DNA of 64,000 nt from an uncultured Thermoanaerobaculia bacterium (GTDB lineage: Bacteria > Acidobacteriota > Thermoanaerobaculia > Thermoanaerobaculales > Sulfomarinibacteraceae), in assembly GCA_964609835.1 (NCBI GenBank), contig CAZSTH010000006.1:5379-69378 (forward strand), in the 5' to 3' direction. The position numbers were made by a program, and so were the translations under genes. Shown one piece after another: positions 10,213-17,857 of the stretch (position 1 is its first letter; every line of letters begins with the position of its first letter). The notes beneath the pieces were generated by a model. It saw only the letters and a list, made by a program, of their open reading frames with translations. It had not been told where the DNA came from and did not search any database.

Positions 10213-10297
10213 GCGAGACCTCGGATCAGTTTCTCGTGGTCAAATACGCGGCACAACCGACCGTCCGACGGCTGGCGACGGGTTGGCCCAATCGAAG

Positions 10298-10434
10298 CTG
10301 CCTTCATGGTGAACGGAAGGCTCCTTTCACCTGACGAAAACGCCCACGTGTACAACAATAGGGCGCGCGGCCGTCGGCAGCAATCGCCAGAATGAGTGGT
10401 TTTTCTCATCACTTTGAGTGAATTTGGGGAGAAT
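10298..10434 (-). promoter_or_regulatory. Copy 2 of the 137-bp promoter/leader element, upstream of the CHAT gene.
   Basis: It has the same 33-nt box (10425..10393). The -35 TTGCTG (10383..10378), 17-nt spacer and -10 TATTGT (10360..10355) follow, with an identical hairpin and ATGAAGGCAG. The ATG at 10307 opens a 32-codon uORF whose TGA overlaps the CHAT ATG (ATGA at 10212..10209). Confidence 0.7.
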
Positions 10435-10477
10435 TTCGATCTCGCGGCCGACGATCGGGCCGGAAGAGCTGCCGGGG

Positions 10478-11161
10478 TCAGCCGATGTGCTCGGCGAGCA
10501 CCCGCAGACGGTCGGGACGGTGCACCACGACCTGTTTCGGCTCGGCCGTGAGGAGGCCGTCCTCCTCGAGCTTCTTGAAGGTGCGCGACAGGACCTCGGG
10601 CGCGGTGCCGCACTGGGCGGCGATCAGGTTGCGGGGCTCGGCCAGCGGGATGGCGTCCCCCGGTACGAGGTCACGCGCACCAGCGCGGCCCAGGAGGTAG
10701 ATGGCCAGCCGCTCCTCCACCCGCCGCTGGGTCAGCAGCTCGAGCTTGGCCGCCAGCTTGCGGGTCCACGTCGAGACCGAGCCGAGCATGGCCAGCCCCA
10801 GCTCCGGCGAGGAGGCGAGCAGCTCCAGCAGCGCCGCGCGCGGCAGGCCCCACACGACACTTGCCGCCACGGCCTCGGCGGTGGCGGGATAGGTACCCTC
10901 GGCGAAGACCGCGGCCTCGGCGAAGCTCTGGCCCGGCTGGACCAGGTGCAGCAGCAGCTCGCGTCCCTGCGGCGAGTAGCGCACCAGCTTGAGGCTGCCG
11001 CTGACAACGGCGAACAGCGCCTCCGCCTCCTCGCCCTCGTGGAACAGGATCTCGCCGCGGTCCAGCCGGCGCTCGTGGCCGGCGGAGATCACCCGCCGTC
11101 GCTGGTCGTTGCTCAGCTGTTCGAGCAACGGCACCTCTTCCAGGGGCGAACGGTGGGACAT
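10478..11161 (-). CDS. Crp/Fnr-family transcriptional regulator (cNMP-binding domain plus C-terminal HTH).
   Basis: The cNMP-like region is RLDRGEILFHEGEEAEALFAVVSGSLKLVRYSPQGRELLLHLVQPGQSFAEAA. The HTH is RNLIAAQCGTAPEVLSRTFKKLEEDGLL, with an E-x-x-S-R recognition helix. There is no N-terminal Cys cluster. Confidence 0.85.
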   Translation of the reverse strand: MSHRSPLEEVPLLEQLSNDQRRRVISAGHERRLDRGEILFHEGEEAEALFAVVSGSLKLVRYSPQGRELLLHLVQPGQSFAEAAVFAEGTYPATAEAVAASVVWGLPRAALLELLASSPELGLAMLGSVSTWTRKLAAKLELLTQRRVEERLAIYLLGRAGARDLVPGDAIPLAEPRNLIAAQCGTAPEVLSRTFKKLEEDGLLTAEPKQVVVHRPDRLRVLAEHIG

Positions 11162-11192
11162 ACCGCGAGTCTATCGCAACGGCGAGGCGCCG

Positions 11193-12356
11193 CTACCATC
11201 CCGCGGACTTCGGGCAACCCGTGCAGCCGCGGGGGAACGGGTGCTCCGCGAGGGCGGCCTCGAGGTCGTCATGGGCACGGTCGAGGTCCCGCAACCCCGC
11301 CATGCCCCGTCCCAGCGCCCCCAGTGCGCACTCGCGGTAGCGGGCATCCGCGTCCACCCGGCGCTGCAGCGGCTCGATGAACGCCCGGTAGCCCGCACTC
11401 TCGAGGTACTCCCGGAGGCTGATCTCAGCGAGGTCGGCCGTAGCGGAGCAGTCGATCGCGATCACCTCTCCGTCCACCACCCGCGGTATCGGTCCTTCCA
11501 CCGGCAGGTTGAGCATGACGCACGGCGCCAGCCGGCCGTCCCAGCGCACGCTGACAATCGACCGAGGGTCCAGGTCACAGGTCAGCATCTCCTCGGGAGC
11601 GGTCGCCGGCAGCTGCAGGTCGACGCGGTGGCGCCGCGCCTCGCGCCGTGACTGGTCGAAGACGTCGAGGACTTCGCTGTCGACACCGTCGCCAGCCCAG
11701 ACAGCGAGGCTGTGCAGCTGCGGAGTCGGCGGGCAGTCGAGGTGGTTGACGAGAACCGTGTCGGCGCCGGCCACTCCTGCAGCTCGCACGACTCCCGGAA
11801 GATCGCTGACGTTCGTGCGGGTCAACAGGTAGCTGACGTGGAGGCGCGGGCGCCGGCGCCGTCGTCGGCGGGCAATGTCGGTCACGGCGGCGAGGACGTC
11901 GTCGAGGGACGACCCGTCCCGAAGCCGGCGGTTGTGCTCGGCGTCGCCCGCGACCGATACCGCCAGCACGTCGAGTCCACCGTCCGCGACCCACGGGGTC
12001 GCCTCGCCGAGGCCGTCGCCGTTGGTGGTCAGCCCGACCCGGCAGCCCGCATTCTCTGCGTCGTGGGCCATCCGCTCGATCTCCGGATGGAGCAGCGGCT
12101 CGCCCCAACCCTGGAGGTGGACGTGGCGCGCCAGCGCGAGGTCGGGCTGGAGGTGCGCCCAGGTCGCGTTCGACAGGTCGCCCTCGAGCCAGCGCTCGGC
12201 GAGCGCGCTCTGCGGGCACATCGCGCACCGCCGCCCGCAGCGGCTCGTGATTTCGACCTGCAAGGCCCGCAATCTTCGCCTGCTCACGTTGCCAGGATAG
12301 TCCTTTCGCCGGCCCGCCGCGGTATCCTCGAGCAGAGGCCTCAGCGTGGACTTCAC
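11193..12356 (-). CDS. Radical SAM enzyme with a Cys-containing C-terminal (SPASM/twitch-like) extension.
   Basis: The CxxxCxxC motif is present in LQVEITSRCGRRCAMCPQ, and GWGEPLLHP follows. Late cysteines occur at APCVMLN, IDCS and RGCTGCPKS. The start is set at GTG 12356, where GC3 rises. GTG 12287 is an alternative start. The track's ATG 12536 extension has low GC3. Confidence 0.75.
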   Translation of the reverse strand: MKSTLRPLLEDTAAGRRKDYPGNVSRRRLRALQVEITSRCGRRCAMCPQSALAERWLEGDLSNATWAHLQPDLALARHVHLQGWGEPLLHPEIERMAHDAENAGCRVGLTTNGDGLGEATPWVADGGLDVLAVSVAGDAEHNRRLRDGSSLDDVLAAVTDIARRRRRRRPRLHVSYLLTRTNVSDLPGVVRAAGVAGADTVLVNHLDCPPTPQLHSLAVWAGDGVDSEVLDVFDQSRREARRHRVDLQLPATAPEEMLTCDLDPRSIVSVRWDGRLAPCVMLNLPVEGPIPRVVDGEVIAIDCSATADLAEISLREYLESAGYRAFIEPLQRRVDADARYRECALGALGRGMAGLRDLDRAHDDLEAALAEHPFPRGCTGCPKSAGW

Positions 12357-12647
12357 CCGTGCTCTCTCTCGAAGACATCGACCGTCACGAGGTGCGGCGC
12401 TATTTCGAAAGGTACGGCCTCGAGGAGCTGCGTGATGAGATCGAGTGACCCGACCCCGGGATTGGATCTGGAGCGCGATCTCCCGACCACTGACGAGGAC
12501 GTGGACGCACTGAGGCGTCTTCAACCCCGAGCCCATCTCCGAGACCTGCGGGACCTGGACAGATTGAGGCCTCCCTCGTGGATCCGGGAGCTGTCGGACC
12601 GACGACGGCCCTTCCGCGATTGGCCGCTGTTCCGGCTCTGACCGTCC

Positions 12648-13676
12648 TCAACGATCGTCGGTCATGGCGGTGCCTCCGACGTGGGTGTAGAGCGGCGAGT
12701 CGAGCTCCTGGAGGCGGAAGTTGTACTCCGCCTCGGTGATGTTGGTGTGCCAGTGGCCGGCGGCCTGGAAGCCCGCCACCACCGCCAGGTAGAGCCCGAT
12801 TGCGAGGGCGGTGGCGGTGACCGGTCGCAGCCAGCGGGCGCGGCCGAGGAGCCGGGGCGGCCCCACCGAGAGGCATCCCTCCACCGGGCAGTTGACGACG
12901 CAGTCCTGGCACGATGTGCACTCGATGGAGCGCACTCGCTGCGCCGTGTGGACCCGCAGCCGACCGGGGCACGCGCGGGTGCAGCTGCGGCAGTCGGTGC
13001 ACAGCGCGGGATCGCGGGTGACCTTGAGCGGCGCCAGCAGCCCGAGCACCCCCACCAGCGCGCCGTAGGGGCAGAGGTAGCGGCACCACAGGTCACGGAC
13101 GAAGACCGAGCCGACGACGAGGATGCCGATGACGGCAACGGTCAGCCGCGACGGCTCGGCGAAGAACAGCCACATCTTGGCGTCGACCACCTTTGCATAG
13201 GGGCTCGCGAGAAAGGCCTCGACCCCGTTCGGGTCCATCGCGAACCAGATCGCCCACACGAAGAAACCCAGCAGCACGAATTTGAGGCCGCGCAGCGGGA
13301 TGTCGAGCCACCTCGGCGGGGTCAGCGTGCGGCCGACCGCACGGATACCGAGGCGCCCCAGCAGTTCGGAAACCAGGCCGACCGGGCAGAGGTGGGAGCA
13401 GAACGACCGTGGCACCACCAGCGACATCAGACAGATGCCGACAAAAATGGCGAGGCCGGCGGGGTGGATGGGGTCGACCACGCCGGTGTGGAGGAGGTGC
13501 CGCAGGCCGAGCATGGCGTCGATGGGCAGGAAGGCCTCGACGCCGGGCGGCCGCGGCACCGACGGCCAGCGGCCCTGCATGTGCGGCACCACCCAGAGGG
13601 TGAACTGGACCCCGATGGCGAGCACCACGGCGGTCACGATCCACTGGACGGCGCGGCGGGCTCGGAGGACCTTCAT
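12648..13676 (-). CDS. Membrane-bound polyferredoxin (NapH/MauN/NosR-like 4Fe-4S protein).
   Basis: TM helices are interleaved with CPVGLVSELL and RYLCPYGALVGVL. The C-terminal ferredoxin motifs are CTDCRSCTRACP and CTSCQDCVVNCP. I chose the MKVLRARRAVQWIV start (ATG 13676). TTG 13754 is the track's alternative start. Confidence 0.75.
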   Translation of the reverse strand: MKVLRARRAVQWIVTAVVLAIGVQFTLWVVPHMQGRWPSVPRPPGVEAFLPIDAMLGLRHLLHTGVVDPIHPAGLAIFVGICLMSLVVPRSFCSHLCPVGLVSELLGRLGIRAVGRTLTPPRWLDIPLRGLKFVLLGFFVWAIWFAMDPNGVEAFLASPYAKVVDAKMWLFFAEPSRLTVAVIGILVVGSVFVRDLWCRYLCPYGALVGVLGLLAPLKVTRDPALCTDCRSCTRACPGRLRVHTAQRVRSIECTSCQDCVVNCPVEGCLSVGPPRLLGRARWLRPVTATALAIGLYLAVVAGFQAAGHWHTNITEAEYNFRLQELDSPLYTHVGGTAMTDDR

Positions 13677-13758
13677 GGGGACAGCGTGGACGATTCGAGA
13701 CGTCACGGCATTGACCGGCGTCAAGGGGAATGTCACGGGGAGGGGGAGATTCAAAATT

Positions 13759-13816
13759 TCGGATGTCGGATGTCGGATTTTCGGAAGGCTGTGCTGTGCG
13801 GGCGGGACGCCCGCAC
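13759..13816. repeat. Intercistronic 3x heptamer tandem repeat plus a perfect 9-bp GC hairpin.
   Basis: TCGGATG TCGGATG TCGGAT lies at 13759..13779. GTGCGGGCG-gga-CGCCCGCAC lies at 13796..13816. Both sit in the 166-bp gap between the NTPase-fusion gene and the polyferredoxin gene. Confidence 0.6.
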
Positions 13817-13842
13817 CACCATGTCGGCAAGCTCACTCGTCC

Positions 13843-14991
13843 CTATCGCGCATCGAGATCGATACTCCGCGCGGGGGTCTCGCCGATGGCCTCGAGGATC
13901 TCGTCCGCGGCGCGCGCTCCACTGGCCTCCACGTCGACCACCGTGGCATCGGTGGCACCGAGGGCGGCGAGCAGCGACGGCACCAGCGCCCGCCGCACCA
14001 CCACCACGAAGGCCCGCGGCCGCGCCCTCCGCAGCGCGCCGCGCACCGCCGGCAGGTGGCCGCCGCCGCGCAGCTCCACCGGGCCGAGCTCGTCGACGAT
14101 CAGCACGCTCGCGTCGTCCGCCCGCTCGAGAGCCTGCCGAGCGAGATCGAATCCCTGCCGCTCGAAGACGAATTGAGTGCCGTGCTCGCCTTGACCGTGC
14201 TCCACCCGGGTCGCGATCCGGGCGGACGCTCCGGAGGCGAGATCCGCCACATCGAAGCCCACCTTGCGCCCTTCCTTCCGCACCGCGGTCTGCACGAAGC
14301 CCGCCACCGGCCGGCCCGCTGCCTGCAGGCCCCGCACCAACTCGCCGACGGCGGTAGTCTTGCCGCCGTCGGTGGGTCCCGTGACCACGATCGTCCGAAC
14401 CGGGGTGTCGAGGCCGGTGCGCGGTGCCGTGAGCGCGCGGTGGCCGCGGAGCGCCGCCGCCGCGGCGGCCTCGTCGGCCACCCGCGCGGTGTGGGCCAGC
14501 AGCACCTCGCCGAGCGCCGGCAACCGGCGTACGAGGTCGAGGCGGCCGGTCCTTCGCATGGCGGCCGCGGTCCACACCTCCGACGCGGTGTCGGCGATTC
14601 GCGGCAGGCTGTTGAGCGCCAGGCCGAGCACCAGGCCGAGCCGCTCCAGACCGAGCGCGCTCGTCGATTCCAGAATGCGGTCGGCGTCAATCCGTCGCGA
14701 GGCCACCGCGGCGGCCGTCGCCAGCACCAGCAGCCGCAGCAACACCAGCGCTCCGCTGACCAGTCCTCGCTCGGGACCCTGCGCCCACGCCACCACCGCG
14801 AAAGTCACGGCCGCGGCGAAAACCAGCGCCAGTGTGAACCCTGCCCGCAGCAGCGAGGCGACGGCGCGGCGGTCGAGCAGCGCGGCCGCTGCCAGCGCGA
14901 CGGCCGCCACCAATGCCGCCGGGACCGGATCGCGCACCATTACCACTGCGACCACCGCCAGCAGCAGCACGATACCCGCGGCGCGAGTCAC
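13843..14991 (-). CDS. Fusion of an EcfT/CbiQ-like transmembrane component with a C-terminal THEP1/DUF2478-like P-loop NTPase.
   Basis: The N-terminal half is hydrophobic and carries the paired coupling motifs AAMRRTG and AAALRGH. The C-terminal half has IVVTGPTDGGKTT (Walker A) and VLIVDELGPVEL (Walker B). The GTG start at 14991 overlaps the upstream stop (GTGA). The track's longer ORF from 15555 overlaps the neighbouring gene. Confidence 0.7.
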   Translation of the reverse strand: MTRAAGIVLLLAVVAVVMVRDPVPAALVAAVALAAAALLDRRAVASLLRAGFTLALVFAAAVTFAVVAWAQGPERGLVSGALVLLRLLVLATAAAVASRRIDADRILESTSALGLERLGLVLGLALNSLPRIADTASEVWTAAAMRRTGRLDLVRRLPALGEVLLAHTARVADEAAAAAALRGHRALTAPRTGLDTPVRTIVVTGPTDGGKTTAVGELVRGLQAAGRPVAGFVQTAVRKEGRKVGFDVADLASGASARIATRVEHGQGEHGTQFVFERQGFDLARQALERADDASVLIVDELGPVELRGGGHLPAVRGALRRARPRAFVVVVRRALVPSLLAALGATDATVVDVEASGARAADEILEAIGETPARSIDLDAR

Positions 14992-15572
14992 CTTTGGCCC
15001 CCGACCCGCTGTGCGACCCTCCCCGCCACCCACCACGACCACAGCCCTCCGACCGCCCCCACCAGTCCGCTGACCGCCACCAGCCCCGCGAGCACGAGCT
15101 CCGGACGCAGCCCGTTCAAACCGAGACCCGCGGCCGTCGCCTGCATCAGCTCGAGCGCGGCGCCGGCCGCCTCGGGACCCGCGACCACCCACACCGAGAC
15201 CAGGCTCTGGATGGGGTTGGTGGCGAGGGTCAGGAAGCCGCCGACCGCGGCCCCCGCCGCGCGCCCGCCGGTGCCGGTCATGGCCGCCTCCACCGCGATG
15301 GCCTGGACGGCAATGCCGATGATGGGACCAGGGGAAAGGCCGCCGATGGTGAAGATCTTGAGGAACACCGCCACCGCTCCCGCCAACAGGCAGACGCCGG
15401 GCCGAGGCTGCAGCCGCCGCAGGCAGATCAGGCACAACAGCCCGGCGAGACCGATCAGGCTGCCTCGGAACGGCACCCGTCCGAGGTGCAGCGCGGCACC
15501 CGCGGTCGCCTCGAGGGCGCCCCACAACGCTCCGAACAGGGCGGCGTAGGTCCACGCCCGGACGTCGGTCAC
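14988..15572 (-). CDS. Polytopic membrane protein, possibly the substrate-capture (S) component of the ECF-type transporter.
   Basis: The 194-aa product is almost entirely hydrophobic (MTDVRAWTYAALFGALWGALEATAG..). It overlaps both neighbours by 4 nt (GTGA) and has high GC3. Confidence 0.6.
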   Translation of the reverse strand: MTDVRAWTYAALFGALWGALEATAGAALHLGRVPFRGSLIGLAGLLCLICLRRLQPRPGVCLLAGAVAVFLKIFTIGGLSPGPIIGIAVQAIAVEAAMTGTGGRAAGAAVGGFLTLATNPIQSLVSVWVVAGPEAAGAALELMQATAAGLGLNGLRPELVLAGLVAVSGLVGAVGGLWSWWVAGRVAQRVGGQR

Positions 15573-16900
15573 GCCGACACCTCCTCGAGGGCGCGATCGG
15601 CGATCCTCATGTGGCGGTGGACCGCCGATAGGATTTCGAGCCGGTGCGAGATCAGGAGGTAGGCCCTCCCCTTCTCGGCCCGCCTGTGAATCAGGTGGAT
15701 GAGCGCCGCCAGGTCAACGGGGTCGAGCCCCTGCCCGGGCTCGTCGATGATCATCAGCCGCGGCCGGCGGAGGTCGAGCGCCGCGTGCACCAGGCGCTGG
15801 CGCTCGCCCCGCGACAGGGTCCACGGCGCGCGCGCCGCCAGGTGCTCGAGGCGATGCCGGCTCAGGACCTTGGCTGCCTCCGCCGCCGACACACCGCCCG
15901 TCGTGACCTCCCCGAGGACCGTGCGTGCGAAGAGCTGCAGCTCGGCCGACGGCAGCATCAGGGCCGTCGGCTCCGGCCTCCGCACGCGACCCGCCGCGCC
16001 TCCGCGCACACCTGCGAGCACCCGTCCCAGGGTCGACTTCCCGACGCCGTTTGCGCCGCTCAGCAGCAGCACCTCGCCGGCCCTCAGCTCGAGAGCCGCG
16101 TCCTGCACGAGGACCTGCCCGCCTCTGCGGATCACGAGGTCCGTCGCCGAGAGCACGATCTCGTCGCCGGGCGGCGCGGGACGACCGAAGGCCGGCGGCT
16201 CCGTTGGTTGGCAGCCCATCAGCGTGCCGCGGTCCAGGCGAAGCCAATCGTTCACCACCTCCCCCACCCGCCACCCGGCCTGTTCCGCCAGCACGACGCT
16301 GCCGCCTGCGGAGGCGTGCTCGGCCAGGAGGCGTCCGAGGGCGGCCGCTCCATCGCCATCGAGATGGGCCGTGGGCTCGTCGAGCAGAACCGGACGGCGG
16401 CCCGCCGCCAGCGCTGCCGCCAGCGCCACCCGCTGCCGCTGGCCCGACGAGAGCTCGGAGATCCGCCGTCCGCGCAGCCCGTCGATCGCCAGCGCCGCCG
16501 CGGCGCTGTCCGCCGCGGCATCGGATCCATACAGACGCCTGGCCGCCGCCAGTTCGTGCCCGACGGTCGCCAGGAACAGCTGTGCCTCCGGACGGTCGAG
16601 GCAGGTCCCGAGCAGGTGGGCGCGCTGCCCGGGATCGAGCTCGCCGAGGGCCTCGCCGCCGAGCTCCAGACGGCCGTTCACCTCGCCGCCGTGGTGCCAC
16701 GGCACCAGCCCCGACAGCGCGTGCAGCAGGGACGTCTTGCCCGTACCGGAGCGGCCGCAGACCGCGACGACCCGACCCGGCCCGACATCCAGCTCCAGTC
16801 CGCGGAGCGCAGGCCTGGTCATGCCCGGCCTGCGCACCGTCAGATCGCGGGCGGTCAGCAGCGCCCGCCCGCCGGTCGCACCCGATGTCGCAGCGCCCAT
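15569..16900 (-). CDS. Duplicated ABC ATPase (EcfA-EcfA'-like fusion).
   Basis: It has two Walker A motifs (GRSGTGKTS, GANGVGKST). It also has two signature/Walker B pairs (LSSGQRQRVALAAALAAGRRPVLLDEP and LSRGERQRLVHAALDLRRPRLMIIDEP). Confidence 0.85.
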   Translation of the reverse strand: MGAATSGATGGRALLTARDLTVRRPGMTRPALRGLELDVGPGRVVAVCGRSGTGKTSLLHALSGLVPWHHGGEVNGRLELGGEALGELDPGQRAHLLGTCLDRPEAQLFLATVGHELAAARRLYGSDAAADSAAAALAIDGLRGRRISELSSGQRQRVALAAALAAGRRPVLLDEPTAHLDGDGAAALGRLLAEHASAGGSVVLAEQAGWRVGEVVNDWLRLDRGTLMGCQPTEPPAFGRPAPPGDEIVLSATDLVIRRGGQVLVQDAALELRAGEVLLLSGANGVGKSTLGRVLAGVRGGAAGRVRRPEPTALMLPSAELQLFARTVLGEVTTGGVSAAEAAKVLSRHRLEHLAARAPWTLSRGERQRLVHAALDLRRPRLMIIDEPGQGLDPVDLAALIHLIHRRAEKGRAYLLISHRLEILSAVHRHMRIADRALEEVSA

Positions 16901-16989
16901 CGCTTCACTATCTCACGCCCACGGGGCGAAGCCCGCGCGGCTGTCGTATGATCTCCGGCGCTGACGACACCACACGATTGGAGCCCGGC

Positions 16990-17787
16990 ATGCTCGACCT
17001 TTTCCTCGAACCCGGATTCTGGGCCGCACTGTTCTCGGTCACGTTGGTCCAGATCGCGCTCGGAGCCGACAACCTCATCATCATCACGATCCTCGCCGGC
17101 AAGCTGCCGGCCGAACAGCAGGGGCGTGCGGTGCGCTGGGGACTGATCATGGCCATGGCCTTCCGGTTGATCCTGCTGGCGCTGGTCAGCTGGGTGCTAC
17201 GGATTGCCGACACACCGTTTCTCGAGATCGATGGCTCACCGCTCGGCATCCATTTCGAGGGCTCGGTGAGCGTCAAAGCGCTGGTGCTCGTTGGCGGCGG
17301 GCTGTTTCTGATCTGGTCCGGCATCAAGGAGCTGCGCCACAAGATCAAGGGCGCCGAGCACGAGGTGGAGGCGGCCGCCAGCTTCGCACAGGTGCTGACC
17401 ACGATCGTCGGCCTCAACCTGCTGTTCTCGGTGGACTCGATCCTGACCGTCGTCGGGATGACCGACATCTATCTCGTCATGGCCGGCTCGGTGGTCATCT
17501 CGGTCGTGCTGATGCTGGTCTTCGCCGAGCCCATCGCACGCTTCATGCGCGCCAACCCGGACTTCGAGATTCTCGGGCTCTTCGTGCTGCTGCTGATCGG
17601 CTTCGTGCTTTTCCTCGAGGGCGGCCACGTGGCGCACATGATGGTCAATGGCTCGGAGTTCCCCTACATCCCGCAGTGGATCACGATCTTCATCCTGCTG
17701 CTGATGTTCTCGGTGGATCTGTACCAGAACTGGCTCGAAAGGGAACGCGACCAGCAGCCCGTGGAGCTGCGGCGCCGCAAGAAGTAG
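16990..17787 (+). CDS. TerC-family integral membrane protein.
   Basis: MLDLFLEPGFWAALFSVTLVQIALGADNLIIITILAGKLP is typical of the TerC family. The ATG is in frame within the longer spurious track ORF 15925..17787. Confidence 0.8.
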   Translation: MLDLFLEPGFWAALFSVTLVQIALGADNLIIITILAGKLPAEQQGRAVRWGLIMAMAFRLILLALVSWVLRIADTPFLEIDGSPLGIHFEGSVSVKALVLVGGGLFLIWSGIKELRHKIKGAEHEVEAAASFAQVLTTIVGLNLLFSVDSILTVVGMTDIYLVMAGSVVISVVLMLVFAEPIARFMRANPDFEILGLFVLLLIGFVLFLEGGHVAHMMVNGSEFPYIPQWITIFILLLMFSVDLYQNWLERERDQQPVELRRRKK

Positions 17788-17857
17788 CGGCCCGGGAAGC
17801 GGGAATGGCGGCAACCTCGCCCCCGGTTGGCATTGTCGATCCGAAGGAGGTCCGCAC

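Noticed and set aside
11193-12356. The radical SAM enzyme as an anaerobic sulfatase-maturating enzyme for the sulfatase-fold protein at 42790..45816.
   Set aside because: The sulfatase-fold protein lacks the C/S-x-P-x-R maturation motif (Thr and Val occupy those positions by my alignment). The two genes are also 30 kb apart in different operons.
16901-16989. A yybP-ykoY (manganese) riboswitch upstream of the TerC-family gene.
   Set aside because: Only 89 bp are available, and I could not find the conserved riboswitch helices or motifs by eye. A cmscan run would be needed to exclude it formally.
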